This document shows, one piece after another, positions 28,448 through 40,234 of a stretch of 64,000 nt of DNA (positions are counted from its first letter, which is position 1; each line of letters begins with the position of its first letter). The position numbers were made by a program, and so were the translations under genes. The notes under the pieces were generated by a model. That model saw only the letters and a program-made list of their open reading frames with translations. It was not told the origin of the DNA and did not search any database. Location of the stretch: assembly GCA_043797085.1 (NCBI GenBank), contig JAZDQA010000006.1, forward strand, positions 148,191 to 212,190, read 5' to 3'. Origin of the DNA: Pseudomonadota bacterium (GTDB lineage Bacteria > Campylobacterota > Campylobacteria > Campylobacterales > Sulfurimonadaceae).

Positions 28448-29445
28448 TATTTTATTTCAATGTACCGATCATCAAAATAAATTTTTCCGTCTCCAACAAA
28501 AACCGTATCATGATCCATATCAATATCATAAACATCGTAAGAGAGCAAATTTTTACTCAAAGCAATCATGTACCCGCCCTGCTCCAAAACATAAACTCTG
28601 TCATTTTGGACACTGATTCCGACAAAATGGGCAAAAGGGAATTTTTTCTTTGCTTTGTACTCCAATGCAGGAGTTAACGCGATCACTTCACCTTGCTTTG
28701 TCGTTAACCAAACACCGTCCTCGGTATAAGCAATATCACGTACTTCGTATTTCTCACGATTCTCTTTTTGTGATAACGATAATACTGTATTACCCGTGGA
28801 TGCAACCATATTATTTTCAATCACATTCAAGTAGGTAATATTGTTAAAATACTCTTCAGAACCAACAATAATCGAACGCAAGAGCTTCTTATCGGTCGTA
28901 TTGACAATAACAATTTTCCCGTCTAAACTCAAAAAGACAACCAAATCTTTCAAAAAGTACGGATTGGCTATTCGGGCATCAACAGCTATGGGCGCGTTAG
29001 AATTTTCTTTAAAGGTCATTTTTTTAGTTTGCAATGAATACAATGCCATCTCATTGTTTCCAAATAAAATAGCAAGAATATCACCCTGCACACTGGCAGA
29101 AGCAACAGTACGCTTTAGATCAATGACAACATGTTCACTGACACCGTCTTCAGGAATCAACTCTAAATCATTGGTATTACTTTGGGTAATTATCCATCCA
29201 TCACTAATATTGAGCAAACGAAAATCAGCTGGAACTTTTTGCTTTTTTTCTCCTGCTTTAGTAAGAATATTTCCATTTGACAGTACTGCGCCTGATTGTG
29301 TCACTTGGGAGATAGGGGCACTTAAACGTCCGGCAGTACGCCAGTCACCTTTAATATTTTCCGGTTTATACACTTCTTTTTGGGAACATCCACTCAACAT
29401 TAAGAGACCGGCAACACTCAAACTTACCCATAAATATTTCATCAT
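28447..29445 (-). CDS. Outer-membrane lipoprotein, probable beta-propeller
   Basis: Lipobox LSGC; repeated short beta-strand pattern. Confidence 0.65.
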   Translation of the reverse strand: MMKYLWVSLSVAGLLMLSGCSQKEVYKPENIKGDWRTAGRLSAPISQVTQSGAVLSNGNILTKAGEKKQKVPADFRLLNISDGWIITQSNTNDLELIPEDGVSEHVVIDLKRTVASASVQGDILAILFGNNEMALYSLQTKKMTFKENSNAPIAVDARIANPYFLKDLVVFLSLDGKIVIVNTTDKKLLRSIIVGSEEYFNNITYLNVIENNMVASTGNTVLSLSQKENREKYEVRDIAYTEDGVWLTTKQGEVIALTPALEYKAKKKFPFAHFVGISVQNDRVYVLEQGGYMIALSKNLLSYDVYDIDMDHDTVFVGDGKIYFDDRYIEIK

Positions 29446-30038
29446 TTCACTCCATAATGGCGTAACATTTGTGCCATCGGATAGACAACAGAATCTTCTT
29501 TTATCAATGCCAATGACGCATGCGCTGCTTTGCTGTCACCTTTTTGAATCGATAACACAGCTAACTCAATGACGGCTAACTCTTGATAAATTGAACCCTG
29601 TTTTTTCGTATACGCATCCAACGCCTTATCATTATTTGACAATACTGCACTCTCGTACGAAGCGATATCAGCTACTTCAGAAGAACTGGCACCTTTAAGA
29701 GTCTCAAGTGTTTTAAGATCATTTTCGCGCAGTGCCTTGGACAAACTGTACAATTCATACAATGACCCGCCTTGGGATGAAAGTTCTTTCAATGCATTTT
29801 GATCCATAGGATTCATCAACAACGTATTAAGTGCTGCATTGGCACGCTCTACTTTGGCATCATGCACCATTTGATAAGCGACACCTCCTCCCAGTCCCAA
29901 AAGCAATACAATAACAGACACAACCATCGGTTTTTGATACTTCTTGACAAAACGCTCTGTTCTTACGGCACTTTCGAAAAATTTTTCTTCCGAACTTAGC
30001 TCTTCTTTGAGAGCTTGCATATTTTCTTTTAGGTTCAA
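29442..30038 (-). CDS. Membrane-anchored helical protein (YfgM/TPR-like)
   Basis: Single TM segment then helical repeats; probable TTG start at 30038 after AGGAG. Confidence 0.55.
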   Translation of the reverse strand: MNLKENMQALKEELSSEEKFFESAVRTERFVKKYQKPMVVSVIVLLLGLGGGVAYQMVHDAKVERANAALNTLLMNPMDQNALKELSSQGGSLYELYSLSKALRENDLKTLETLKGASSSEVADIASYESAVLSNNDKALDAYTKKQGSIYQELAVIELAVLSIQKGDSKAAHASLALIKEDSVVYPMAQMLRHYGVK

Positions 30039-30166
30039 AAGGACTCCTATGGCGTATCTATATTTAACTATTTTGCTACAATAATAACTCAAGTGTTGTT
30101 AAAATTCCGTAAAGCCCATTTTTTCGCTACAATAAGGGAATAAAATTCTCTGTAGGTTACTAAACT

Positions 30167-30457
30167 ATGAAAATCGATGAAAAACTTTTACAACGCCTAG
30201 AAAAACTCTCCTATCTTCAAATACCGGATGAAAATCGAGCTCAAATGATTGAACAAATGTCTGAAATAGTCTCTTTTGTTGATAATTTATCTGAATTAAA
30301 TACAGATGGTATTAACCCAACTTTTTCGATGGAGTCAACTGCCACACTGTTGCGTGAAGACATTGGTCATGTTGATCAAGCGATCAATGATGATATTCTA
30401 GCCCATTCGCCACATGCACAAGAACACTTCTTTATCGTTCCAAAAATCATTGAGTAA
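30167..30457 (+). CDS. gatC: Asp/Glu-tRNA amidotransferase subunit C
   Basis: MKIDEKLL..LEKLS, LRED, FFIVPKIIE. Confidence 0.92.
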   Translation: MKIDEKLLQRLEKLSYLQIPDENRAQMIEQMSEIVSFVDNLSELNTDGINPTFSMESTATLLREDIGHVDQAINDDILAHSPHAQEHFFIVPKIIE

Positions 30458-30462
30458 TCCGA

Positions 30463-30807
30463 ATGATTACGATTTATGGTATAAAAAACTGCGGTTCCGT
30501 CAAAAAAGCATTTCAATTTTGTAACAATCACTCTCTTGAGTATACTTTTATCGATTTCAAAACCTCGCCCGTTGACAAAGATAAGATTCTCCAATGGTCA
30601 CAAAAAACTGAACTATCGGTTCTTCTTAATACCAAAGGGACTACTTACCGAACATTAGATCTTAAATCCCTTGCTCTTAGCGATAGTGATAAAATTGAGT
30701 GGATGGCGAAAGAAAATCGTCTTATCAAACGTCCTGTGATAGAATACAATACAAATGTTATCGTCGGTTATAATCTAACTCAATACGAAGGAATTTTTTT
30801 ATCATGA
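30463..30807 (+). CDS. ArsC/Spx (YffB-like) family protein
   Basis: IYGIKNCGSVKKA, LIKRPVI. Confidence 0.88.
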   Translation: MITIYGIKNCGSVKKAFQFCNNHSLEYTFIDFKTSPVDKDKILQWSQKTELSVLLNTKGTTYRTLDLKSLALSDSDKIEWMAKENRLIKRPVIEYNTNVIVGYNLTQYEGIFLS

Positions 30808-31874
30808 GCCAATCACTGGATATTCACAAACTTTTAAAAAGCGTTGTCGCTTACAAATCATCTGATTTACACCTCGTTAGTCGTTCTGAACCTCAAATTC
30901 GTATTGACGGACGGCTTGTTGCCCTTAATTTACCTGTTATGGACGGTAAGCAAATCGAAGAAATGGCATATTCACTTTTAACTGAAAAGCAAAAAAAGGT
31001 ATTTGAAGAAAATAATGAACTTGATTTTTCCATCGTTATTCCCGATGTAGGTCGTTTTCGTGCCAACTACTACAAAACAATGGATGATGTTGCCTGTGCG
31101 TTTCGTATTATTCCTACTGTCATCCCCTCTCTCGATGATTTGAATGCCAAGAAAATCTTTAAAGAGCTGATTAAGCGTGAAAAAGGCCTGATATTGGTCA
31201 CAGGCCCGACAGGAAGCGGTAAATCCACGACGCTTGCTGCAATGCTCAATGAAGTCAATCTCAATGAAGCACGACACATTATTACCGTAGAAGATCCGGT
31301 CGAGTTTGTTCATACGAATAAAAAATGTCTTTTTTCACAACGAAATATTGGTAGTGATACCAAAAGTTTCTCTGCTGCCCTCAAATATGCTCTTCGCCAA
31401 GACCCCGATGTTATTTTAATCGGAGAGATGCGTGATCGTGAGACTATTTCTGCTGCACTTACCGCTGCTGAAACCGGTCACTTGGTTTTTGGAACGTTGC
31501 ATACCAACTCAGCACCTAGTACCATTAACCGTATTATCGACGTTTTTGGCGGTGATGAACAACCTCAAGTTCGTGCTCAACTCTCAACTTCTCTTATTGC
31601 CGTTATTTCCCAAGCACTTCTGCCAAAAATAGGGGGAGGTCGTGTAGCGGCTCAAGAAGTTATGATTACCAATCCGGCGATCGCCAACTTGATACGTGAA
31701 GACAAAGTCCATCAGCTTTATTCCCAAATGCAGCTCAATCAACAAGGTACGGGAATGACCACTCAAACCCAAGAAATTGTAGAATATTTGCGTAAAAAAA
31801 TGATCAGCAAAGATATTGCGATGCAATATTCCAATAAACCCGATGAGCTCCAGAGAGTTATCGACTCACTGTAA
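30804..31874 (+). CDS. pilT: Type IV pilus retraction ATPase PilT
   Basis: GPTGSGKSTT, EDPVEF, LRQDPDVILIGEMRD, GTLHTNSA, IANLIRE. Confidence 0.93.
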   Translation: MSQSLDIHKLLKSVVAYKSSDLHLVSRSEPQIRIDGRLVALNLPVMDGKQIEEMAYSLLTEKQKKVFEENNELDFSIVIPDVGRFRANYYKTMDDVACAFRIIPTVIPSLDDLNAKKIFKELIKREKGLILVTGPTGSGKSTTLAAMLNEVNLNEARHIITVEDPVEFVHTNKKCLFSQRNIGSDTKSFSAALKYALRQDPDVILIGEMRDRETISAALTAAETGHLVFGTLHTNSAPSTINRIIDVFGGDEQPQVRAQLSTSLIAVISQALLPKIGGGRVAAQEVMITNPAIANLIREDKVHQLYSQMQLNQQGTGMTTQTQEIVEYLRKKMISKDIAMQYSNKPDELQRVIDSL

Positions 31875-31967
31875 TAAAAAGGCAAGCATTAAATAAATAT
31901 TAATTTATACGATGCCATGCCTTGCTTTTAGGTAACTTCTTGGAATTTTTTCTTATAATTCCGGATT

Positions 31968-32366
31968 ATGAACAACAAACACTTATTACAGCATTATCAG
32001 CTCAAAGCAACACCTCAGAGAATCGCTATTATTGAATTAATGGAGCATTCAGGTCATATTAGTATTGATGACCTCTTTAAACTAATTCGAGAAAAATTTT
32101 TCTCCATTTCACTGGCTACACTCTACAAAAATATTCATATCATGATGAGCGTCAGCTTAATACGTGAAGTAAAAATACCGGGTCATAAAGCAAAATATGA
32201 AATCGAAAAAATACCTCATGCACATGTGTTATGTAAAACGTGCGGCGAACTTAAAGATATCCCCTTTGATCCAACAAGTTTACTGGAAGATACGGTAAAA
32301 AGAAGTGATTATCGTGCGGATGACGTATCGATTATGATTTCGGGCGTTTGCCCGAATTGCAAGTAG
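31968..32366 (+). CDS. Fur-family regulator, PerR-like
   Basis: KATPQR, SLATLYKN, HAHVLCKTCG, CPNC. Confidence 0.85.
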   Translation: MNNKHLLQHYQLKATPQRIAIIELMEHSGHISIDDLFKLIREKFFSISLATLYKNIHIMMSVSLIREVKIPGHKAKYEIEKIPHAHVLCKTCGELKDIPFDPTSLLEDTVKRSDYRADDVSIMISGVCPNCK

Positions 32367-32375
32367 CGTTTTATC

Positions 32376-33722
32376 TTAAGGATGCGCTTCTCTAAGCGTA
32401 TCTGCTATTAAGAAAGCAAGTTCTAACGATTGGTCAGCATTCAATCTTGGATCGCAATGTGTATGATAACGGCTTTTTAGATTTTCAGAGGTAATCTCAA
32501 ATGATCCTCCCAAACACTCGGTAACATTTTTACCGGTCATTTCCAAATGAACTCCACCTGCATAGGTTCCTTCGGATTTGTGTACTTGGAAGAACTGTTT
32601 CATCTCTTTGAGAACTGCATCTACAGGACGGGTTTTGTATCCATTACTGGTAATCGTATTTCCGTGCATCGGATCACAACTCCACAATACTTTTTTTCCT
32701 TCTCTTTCAATTGCACGAATCAAAGCAGGCATTCCATCCGCAACCTTATCCGCACCCATTCGAACGATCACATTGAGCCGTCCTGCTTCATTTGTAGGAT
32801 TTAAAACATCACACAAACGAATCAAGTCTTCAGGATCCATCGAAGGACCCGCTTTAACGCCGATCGGATTTTGGATACCACGCATAAATTCAACGTGTGC
32901 ACCATCGAGCTGTCTCGTACGATCTCCAATCCAAAGCATATGAGAAGAAACATCATACCATTCTCCCGTAAGAGAATCTTGACGGGTAAATGCCTCTTCA
33001 TAATTAAGCAATAATGCTTCATGAGAGGTATAAAAATCGGTTTCACGAAGAGTTCTGGATACATCCGATGTAATTCCGCATGCCGCCATAAAACGCAATG
33101 AATTATCAATTTGACGTGAAATTTCATCGTATTTTTTGGTCAACTCATTTTGCCCTACAAAACCGAGATTCCACGCATGAACTTGGTTCAAATCTGCTAA
33201 TCCGCCGGATGCGAATGCACGAAGAAGGTTCAGCGTGGCTGCTGATTGATTGTACGCTTGAACCATACGATTAGGATCAGGAATACGAGCAGCTGTATTA
33301 AACTCTACTCCATTGATAATATCTCCACGATAACTCGGAAGAGTGACCCCATCGATGGTTTCCATATCGGATGATCTAGGTTTGGCAAATTGTCCGCCTA
33401 AACGTCCTATTTTAACAACAGGAACACCGCCCGCAAAGGTCATAACGACAGCCATTTGCATCATTACTTTGAAAGTATCCCGAATATTGTGTGCGTGAAA
33501 CTCTGAAAAACTTTCAGCACAATCTCCACCTTGAAGTAAAAAGGCTTTCCCCTCACATACGTCCGCAAGATTTTTTTTCAAATTTCGGGCTTCTCCCGCA
33601 AAAACAAGAGGTGGATAATTTTTAAGTTGCTCTTCGATCTCTTTTAGCCGTACCTGATCTGGATAGGTAGGCTGCTGCATGATTGGTTTATCTCTCCAAC
33701 TCGCTCGGCTCCATGTACTCAT
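32376..33722 (-). CDS. Class II DAHP synthase
   Basis: [44 protein letters not shown]. Confidence 0.95.
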   Translation of the reverse strand: MSTWSRASWRDKPIMQQPTYPDQVRLKEIEEQLKNYPPLVFAGEARNLKKNLADVCEGKAFLLQGGDCAESFSEFHAHNIRDTFKVMMQMAVVMTFAGGVPVVKIGRLGGQFAKPRSSDMETIDGVTLPSYRGDIINGVEFNTAARIPDPNRMVQAYNQSAATLNLLRAFASGGLADLNQVHAWNLGFVGQNELTKKYDEISRQIDNSLRFMAACGITSDVSRTLRETDFYTSHEALLLNYEEAFTRQDSLTGEWYDVSSHMLWIGDRTRQLDGAHVEFMRGIQNPIGVKAGPSMDPEDLIRLCDVLNPTNEAGRLNVIVRMGADKVADGMPALIRAIEREGKKVLWSCDPMHGNTITSNGYKTRPVDAVLKEMKQFFQVHKSEGTYAGGVHLEMTGKNVTECLGGSFEITSENLKSRYHTHCDPRLNADQSLELAFLIADTLREAHP

Positions 33723-33901
33723 TTAATACGTATCTCCCATCTTACTAGATTGCCAAAAGGCTTATTTGTTATTTTTAAAGTAAGCAATTTTATCGTTTTA
33801 TCCTAAAAAGCGACTGATTATGATGGCTGAAAGCTATATTTAGGTTTTAAAAAGTATAATTGCGTCATTTCAAAGAGAGATTATTTATCCTAAGAGAGTC
33901 A

Positions 33902-34828
33902 ATGAAATCAACACAAATGAACATTTTTTTATCTCTTTTTTGCAAAGAGCTCTCCTTCCATTTAGAATCAGCAAGCGCACGGCAAGACAAAATTGCCCAT
34001 GATGAATTTGCAGAGATTATTTCAATAGCAACCAAAGAAGTACTTGACCTCTATTTAAGTGGCGAACTTGATACGCATGAATACGCTGCTGACACAGAAA
34101 ATGGATATAAAGATATCGCATTGTTAAGCATTAATTCTTATACCCAATCAAACCAAACGTTTGAAAAAATAACCGATGATCATGCAACTATTTTAAAAGA
34201 GCATGAAAATTTGAATTTTATTAATTTCAACAATATAAGTGAAAAATTTGTAGATATTCAATCTCATTTGAGCCAAGAGGTTGAACGTGCTAATAAAATC
34301 ATTCAAGACTTGCACGAACAAGTTAAAGTACTTGAAGTGACAACAACGCTTGATCCACTGACAAAAACATTTAATCGATATGCACTTCAAAATAATCTTA
34401 CTGAACTTCTGACAAAGAAACGTCAAATACAAGAACTTTTTATTCTGATGATCGATATCGACAACTTTAAAACTATTAATGATCTTCATGGACATATTGC
34501 AGGGGATAAAGTTCTCATATTTCTTGCTAAATTGCTCAAAAAAACCCTCAGAGACGGTGATAAAGTGTACCGGTTTGGCGGAGAAGAGTTTGTCGTCATC
34601 CTTAACCGAACCGATCTAGAGGGTGCAAAATTGGTTGCTAACCGTTTTTTAAATCTTTGTCGCCAAAACAAACCTCTCTTTCACAATGAACAAATTACTG
34701 TTACTTTGAGTGTTGGTCTGACTCAAACACGAGATAATGACACCATGGATGATGTAATTCATCGAGCAGATACAGCACTCTATCGTGCAAAAAATAATGG
34801 AAAAGACAGAATGGAGATAGAATTATAA
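33902..34828 (+). CDS. Diguanylate cyclase (GGDEF)
   Basis: DPLTK, DIDNFK, GDKVL, RDGD I-site, RFGGEEF. Confidence 0.9.
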   Translation: MKSTQMNIFLSLFCKELSFHLESASARQDKIAHDEFAEIISIATKEVLDLYLSGELDTHEYAADTENGYKDIALLSINSYTQSNQTFEKITDDHATILKEHENLNFINFNNISEKFVDIQSHLSQEVERANKIIQDLHEQVKVLEVTTTLDPLTKTFNRYALQNNLTELLTKKRQIQELFILMIDIDNFKTINDLHGHIAGDKVLIFLAKLLKKTLRDGDKVYRFGGEEFVVILNRTDLEGAKLVANRFLNLCRQNKPLFHNEQITVTLSVGLTQTRDNDTMDDVIHRADTALYRAKNNGKDRMEIEL

Positions 34829-35391
34829 TGGACTTGAATTATTTTGATATGGCAGTTGGCTCAATTGTATTATTACTAGGGCTTAAAGGACTGTTAAATG
34901 GTTTTTCAAAAGAACTTTTTGGACTCATCGGGATTGTAGGCGGGCTCTTTGTTGCTTCACATATTGGCGGAGCAATTGGAACATTTTTGAACGATCTTCT
35001 CTTTGATTTCGAAACGGCCACCGCTGTTAACCTTATGGGTTTTGTTTTTAGTGTTGGTATTTTTTGGCTTCTTATGGTGGCATTGGGTGCTGGCTTTAAA
35101 CGTCTTAGTTCCCTTAGCGGACTTGGGAGTTTAGATCGGGTATTAGGGTTTGTAGTGGGAGCAAGTAAATTCTTTTTTATCCTCTCTGTCATTATTTATG
35201 CGCTCTTTAGTGTTACGGCTATCCGTGAAAACTTTGGTGAAAAAATGAAAGACAGTATCTTTTTTGAACCTATGTTTGCTACTGGTAATTTTATTTTGCA
35301 TATTGAAACGAAGGACGTAACAAACCTGCTTGATTCCAATGAAAGTGATAAGAATGGTTCCCGTTCTTCATCCGATAAAAAGGAGAAATAA
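34828..35391 (+). CDS. cvpA: CvpA family membrane protein
   Basis: GLKGLLNGFSKE, LDRVLGFVVG; upstream of fur-lysS-glyA. Confidence 0.85.
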   Translation: MDLNYFDMAVGSIVLLLGLKGLLNGFSKELFGLIGIVGGLFVASHIGGAIGTFLNDLLFDFETATAVNLMGFVFSVGIFWLLMVALGAGFKRLSSLSGLGSLDRVLGFVVGASKFFFILSVIIYALFSVTAIRENFGEKMKDSIFFEPMFATGNFILHIETKDVTNLLDSNESDKNGSRSSSDKKEK

Positions 35392-35395
35392 TACT

Positions 35396-35872
35396 ATGGG
35401 CTCTTTAACTGATTTTACCAAACGTTCCGTTGAATATACAAAACTCTTGAATGATTTCAAACAGCTTCTCAAAGAAAACAGTTTGAAATTCACTATACAG
35501 CGTGAAGTAATTTTAGAGATGTTATACAACTCTGACGAGCATCTCACGCCTGAAAGACTACATCATCTTATCCAAGAGAAGCACCCTGATTTAAATACCG
35601 GGATTGCAACCGTGTACCGTACACTCTCACTTCTTGAAGATTCTGAAATGGTGACATCTCTCTCCTTTGGAGCTCAAGGCAAAAAATACGAGTTGGGTGC
35701 GAAGGATCATCATGACCATATCATCTGTACAAAATGCGGCAGTATTAATGAGTTTGTGGATGAAGAGATTGAGTTGAGACAGAAAAAAATTGCTGAAGAG
35801 CTTGGCTTTATAATGCAAGAACACTCGATGCAAATTTATGGCATTTGCAAAACATGCCAAACGAAAAATTAA
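35396..35872 (+). CDS. fur: Ferric uptake regulator Fur
   Basis: TIQREVIL, GIATVYRTL, HHDHIICTKCG, CKTC. Start at ATG 35396 after AAGGAG. Confidence 0.92.
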   Translation: MGSLTDFTKRSVEYTKLLNDFKQLLKENSLKFTIQREVILEMLYNSDEHLTPERLHHLIQEKHPDLNTGIATVYRTLSLLEDSEMVTSLSFGAQGKKYELGAKDHHDHIICTKCGSINEFVDEEIELRQKKIAEELGFIMQEHSMQIYGICKTCQTKN

Positions 35873-35884
35873 AGGGAATTTATT

Positions 35885-37402
35885 GTGACATTCGATAATC
35901 AATATGTAGTTCAACGAATTGAAAAAGCCAACCAATTGCGAGAAGCAGGAATAGATCCTTACGCGAATAATTCCGCACGTAATACGACCATAGAAAAATT
36001 CAACAATGTGAATTCCGATCTTTTTCACAAAGAAGAAAAACGCGATGAACATCGTCACTATATCGTTGCAGGACGTATTAAGCTTTATCGTTTAATGGGT
36101 AAAGCCAGCTTTGTTAAAATCGAAGATGAGAGCGGAATACTCCAAATTTACGTTGCAAGAGATAATCTTCCTGAAAACTTTTACAATGACATCTTTAAAA
36201 AGCTTATTGAAGTGGGTGATATTATCGAGGTAAGCGGTTATCCGTTTGTTACTCAACAAGGGGAACTTTCTCTTCATGTCGATACCCTAAAAATTCTCAC
36301 TAAGGCTATCTCGCCACTCCCTGAAAAATTTCACGGGATTACCGACAAAGAGATGCGATACCGCCAACGTTATCTTGATCTTATTATGAATTCAGAAGTA
36401 CGAAAAACCTTTCATATTCGCTCGAAAGTCATCAGCTTAACCCGTCGTTTCTTTGAAGACAAAGGTTTTTTAGAGGTCGAAACACCTATGATGCACCCAA
36501 TCGCTGGCGGTGCGAATGCCAAGCCGTTTGTTACCCATCATAATGCCTTAGGAATTGACCGTTTTTTACGTATTGCCCCGGAACTTTATCTCAAACGTCT
36601 CATAGTCGGCGGATTTGAAGCGGTATTTGAAATTAATCGTAACTTTCGTAATGAAGGGATGGATGCAACACACAATCCTGAATTCACTTCTATTGAATTT
36701 TATTGGGCATACAAAACCTATAAAGATCTCATTGAGATTACCAAAGAGTATTTTGAGTATCTGTTCGATCACCTCAATCTCCCTAAACGTCTTCCGTATG
36801 GTGATTTTGAAATTGATTTCGACCAATTCACTGAAATTGAACTTGTCAAAAGTCTCACTACTATCGGTGGTGTCCCTGAAGAAATAGTTAATGATAAAGA
36901 AGCTATTTTAGAGTTTTTGCGTTCTCATAAACTTGAAGCCAAAACTACTCTAAATCTTGGGCAGCTTCAAGGTGAATTATTTGATGAATTTGTTGAAGAA
37001 AAGCTAATTAATCCGACCTTTATTACCCATTATCCGGTTGAAATTTCTCCGCTTGCTCGTCGTAATGATGAGCGTCCTGAGCTCACTGACCGTTTTGAAC
37101 TCTTTATCGCTGGGCGCGAAATCGCTAATGCCTTTAGTGAGCTTAATGACCCCATCGATCAGCTGGAGCGTTTCAACGGGCAAATGGCTGCCAAAGATTG
37201 TGGTGATGATGAAGCCCATGAGATGGACGAAGATTTCGTTATTGCTCTCAGTTACGGTATGGCACCGACAGCAGGTCAAGGAATCGGAATTGATCGTCTC
37301 GTCATGATGCTGACCAACCAACACTCGATCCGTGATGTATTGCTTTTCCCGGCAATGAAACCACACCAAACCAACCAAAACCACAATGGAGAAGAAGAAT
37401 GA
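35885..37402 (+). CDS. lysS: Lysine--tRNA ligase
   Basis: [30 protein letters not shown]. Confidence 0.97.
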   Translation: MTFDNQYVVQRIEKANQLREAGIDPYANNSARNTTIEKFNNVNSDLFHKEEKRDEHRHYIVAGRIKLYRLMGKASFVKIEDESGILQIYVARDNLPENFYNDIFKKLIEVGDIIEVSGYPFVTQQGELSLHVDTLKILTKAISPLPEKFHGITDKEMRYRQRYLDLIMNSEVRKTFHIRSKVISLTRRFFEDKGFLEVETPMMHPIAGGANAKPFVTHHNALGIDRFLRIAPELYLKRLIVGGFEAVFEINRNFRNEGMDATHNPEFTSIEFYWAYKTYKDLIEITKEYFEYLFDHLNLPKRLPYGDFEIDFDQFTEIELVKSLTTIGGVPEEIVNDKEAILEFLRSHKLEAKTTLNLGQLQGELFDEFVEEKLINPTFITHYPVEISPLARRNDERPELTDRFELFIAGREIANAFSELNDPIDQLERFNGQMAAKDCGDDEAHEMDEDFVIALSYGMAPTAGQGIGIDRLVMMLTNQHSIRDVLLFPAMKPHQTNQNHNGEEE

Positions 37403-38646
37403 GTTTCCTCAAAGAATACGACAACGAAATTTACACCCTATGTGAGCAAGAGCTCGAACGTCAAACGGATCATTTAGAGATGATTGCCTCTGAAAACTTT
37501 ACTCTTCCTGCGGTTATGGAAGCTATGGGAAGTGTATTTACTAACAAATATGCAGAAGGCTATCCGGCTAAACGTTATTACGGCGGATGCGAATACGCGG
37601 ATGGTGTTGAGCAACTGGCAATTGACCGTGCATGTGAACTCTTCGGATGTAACTTTGCAAACGTACAGCCACACTCAGGTTCCTCTGCCAATGGTGCGGT
37701 GTATGCTGCATTATTACAAGCAGGAGATAAATTATTAGGGATGGATCTCAGTCACGGCGGACACTTAACCCATGGTTCAAAGGTGAGTTTTTCAGGTAAA
37801 AACTACCACAGTTTTTCCTATGGTGTAGAACTTGACGGTCGTATTAATTATGAGCGTGTTATGGATATTGCTAAAATTGTTCAACCAAAAATCATCGTGT
37901 GCGGTGCTTCGGCGTATGCACGTGAAATTGATTTTGCTAAGTTCCGTGAAATCGCTGATGCGGTTGGAGCAATTTTGTTTGCCGACATTGCCCACATTGC
38001 AGGACTTGTATGCGCAGGTGAGCACCCAAGCCCATTTCCTCATGCACACATTGTGACCACCACCACCCATAAAACACTTGCCGGTCCTCGCGGCGGTATG
38101 ATTATGACTAATGATGAAGAGATTGCCAAAAAAATAAATTCAGCTATCTTCCCTGCTCTTCAAGGCGGACCGTTGGTTCATGTTATCGCGGCTAAAGCGG
38201 TTGGATTCAAATACAATCTCTCTCCTGAATGGAAAGTCTACGCCAAGCAAGTGAAAGCGAATGCTGCTGTTCTTGCTGATGTATTGATGAAGCGCGGATA
38301 CGATATCGTCAGTGACGGAACTGATAACCACCTCGTTCTCGTCTCTTTCCTCAACAAGCCGTTCAGCGGTAAAGAAGCTGATGCGGCATTAGGTCGTGCA
38401 GGAATTACCGTCAATAAAAATACCGTACCGGGCGAAACACGTTCACCGTTCGTTACCTCAGGTGTACGTATCGGAAGTCCTGCACTCACATCACGCGGTA
38501 TGAAAGAAAAAGAGTTCGAACTCATCGCAAATAAAATTGCCGATGTTTTGGATGATATTGAAAACGAAGAGAAGCAAAAAGTTATCAAAGAAGAATTAAA
38601 AGCGCTTGCACGCGGGTTTATTATCTATACACAATCTACGTATTAA
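37399..38646 (+). CDS. glyA: Serine hydroxymethyltransferase
   Basis: [34 protein letters not shown]. Confidence 0.97.
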   Translation: MSFLKEYDNEIYTLCEQELERQTDHLEMIASENFTLPAVMEAMGSVFTNKYAEGYPAKRYYGGCEYADGVEQLAIDRACELFGCNFANVQPHSGSSANGAVYAALLQAGDKLLGMDLSHGGHLTHGSKVSFSGKNYHSFSYGVELDGRINYERVMDIAKIVQPKIIVCGASAYAREIDFAKFREIADAVGAILFADIAHIAGLVCAGEHPSPFPHAHIVTTTTHKTLAGPRGGMIMTNDEEIAKKINSAIFPALQGGPLVHVIAAKAVGFKYNLSPEWKVYAKQVKANAAVLADVLMKRGYDIVSDGTDNHLVLVSFLNKPFSGKEADAALGRAGITVNKNTVPGETRSPFVTSGVRIGSPALTSRGMKEKEFELIANKIADVLDDIENEEKQKVIKEELKALARGFIIYTQSTY

Positions 38647-38696
38647 TCTATCCAAACTCTCACGATAATAGTGAGAGGATAAAAGGGGTTTAGCTT

Positions 38697-39239
38697 ATGA
38701 CATCAATGGACATGAAACTTATCAAAATGGTCTCGGATCATTATTGGCTTAAACACGATACTATGGTCGATAAGATTGAATTTAAAGGGCGTACTTTTTA
38801 CAATAAATACGAAAAAGTTCCAAAAACATTAACGCAAGCGCTTATCGATCAACACCTAAAAAAGCAAATTACTGTCGCTCATTCGCTTATAAATCAGTTT
38901 GGTAAAGTAGAAAACATTGTTATCGATTATAATGGCACGGATACCCAACGCTTCTATCATAAGGCACAATTGTTGCTTAGAGAAGAGGGATTTATTAATT
39001 TTACCGCTTTTGAAACAAAAACACCGGGACATTTGCATGTGTATATCCATAAAGGACATACAACATTGCAAGAAGCGATTCAATTGGGTAAGATGCTTTC
39101 AATGAAACTTGCTGCCAAACAGCCAAAGCAGTGGAGAATGTTCCCAGCGGATGATTTGCCACCGGAATACAACATTTTAAACCTACCCTACGAAGTCTAC
39201 TCGAAAGAGCGTGGTGCTTCGTGGTCGAAACATCTATAG
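38697..39239 (+). CDS. Conserved Campylobacterota protein (DUF1882-like)
   Basis: IVIDYNG..FYHKAQLLLREEGFINFTAF, ERGASWSKH; position after glyA. Confidence 0.7.
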   Translation: MTSMDMKLIKMVSDHYWLKHDTMVDKIEFKGRTFYNKYEKVPKTLTQALIDQHLKKQITVAHSLINQFGKVENIVIDYNGTDTQRFYHKAQLLLREEGFINFTAFETKTPGHLHVYIHKGHTTLQEAIQLGKMLSMKLAAKQPKQWRMFPADDLPPEYNILNLPYEVYSKERGASWSKHL

Positions 39240-39241
39240 AC

Positions 39242-39269
39242 GCTATCGGAATAAAATCCCGATAGCTCC
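39242..39269. repeat. REP-like hairpin
   Basis: Minus strand GGAGCTATCGGGATTTTATTCCGATAGC. Confidence 0.35.
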
Positions 39270-39357
39270 GTTAGCCACTTGGGCTACTAAAGCTTGCCTC
39301 TTATGAGGCAGAAATTTTCGATACTTTAAAATATCTACCACATAAGAGGTGACTAAA

Positions 39358-40233
39358 ATGGAAGAAAAAAACGAACTTAACGACATTATTCTCAATAAAG
39401 GCGGGTCAAGCTCAGGAAGTAAAAAGTTGCTATTGGCTATTGCTACTTTGACCCTTATCCTCATTATTGTTTTAGTTATTATGAACTCACTTAAAAATGA
39501 TGAAGTTCAAAAAGCTCCTCAAGCAATTCTTCCGCCAGAACCCAGTGCACCAACTGAAATTATTAATGACCCGTTATTTGAACCCGTAGAAGTGATTCAA
39601 GAGGGTAATGAAAGTGCGGGCACTCAGACATTAGACCAAGTAGCACAGAAAATCAAAGAAGAATCACTGCAAAACTCACCATCCAATCAACCGGCTGTTG
39701 TTCAATCTGCACCTGCTGTAGTCGTTCCTGTAAAAACTACGCTTCAGTCTGCTCCTATTGTGAAAAGTGTATCCGTACCAGCCGTTCAAAAAGCCGCTCC
39801 TGAGCCAAAACCTGTTGTTCAAAAAGCGGTTGTGCAGCCTACTATTAAAAAAGCTGAAGCAAAAACATTGCAAGCGGCTTCTGTAAAACAAGAACCTAAA
39901 AAAGTGGTTCAACCAAAAACAGCTCCAAAATCAACTCAAACAGTAAAAGCACCCGAAACAGCCACCAAAGCGCCAAAAGGTGAAGTGAAAACGGCACTGG
40001 AAGTTAAAAATACAACCACTATCTATTTTGTCCAAGTCGGTTCATTTGCCAAAGAGCCAAGTAAAACACTTATCGATCGTTTGAATGCCAGTGGGATGAA
40101 ATACACGACTCAAAAAACAGGTGAAACGACCAAAATTTTAGTGGGACCATTCCAAGGGGATAAAGCCGTGCATGATGCTATGGGCAATATTCGCCAAAAT
40201 ATCGAAGCTAAAGCGTTCAAGATAAAGGGATAA
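39358..40233 (+). CDS. SPOR domain cell-division protein (DedD/FtsN-like)
   Basis: N-terminal TM, P/K/V-rich linker, YFVQVGSF..ILVGPF. Confidence 0.85.
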   Translation: MEEKNELNDIILNKGGSSSGSKKLLLAIATLTLILIIVLVIMNSLKNDEVQKAPQAILPPEPSAPTEIINDPLFEPVEVIQEGNESAGTQTLDQVAQKIKEESLQNSPSNQPAVVQSAPAVVVPVKTTLQSAPIVKSVSVPAVQKAAPEPKPVVQKAVVQPTIKKAEAKTLQAASVKQEPKKVVQPKTAPKSTQTVKAPETATKAPKGEVKTALEVKNTTTIYFVQVGSFAKEPSKTLIDRLNASGMKYTTQKTGETTKILVGPFQGDKAVHDAMGNIRQNIEAKAFKIKG

Positions 40234-40234
40234 T

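Noticed and set aside
28841..29572. 243-aa + strand ORF and the many other short antisense or overlapping ORFs in the track
   Set aside because: They shadow well-supported genes and have no motifs or SD.
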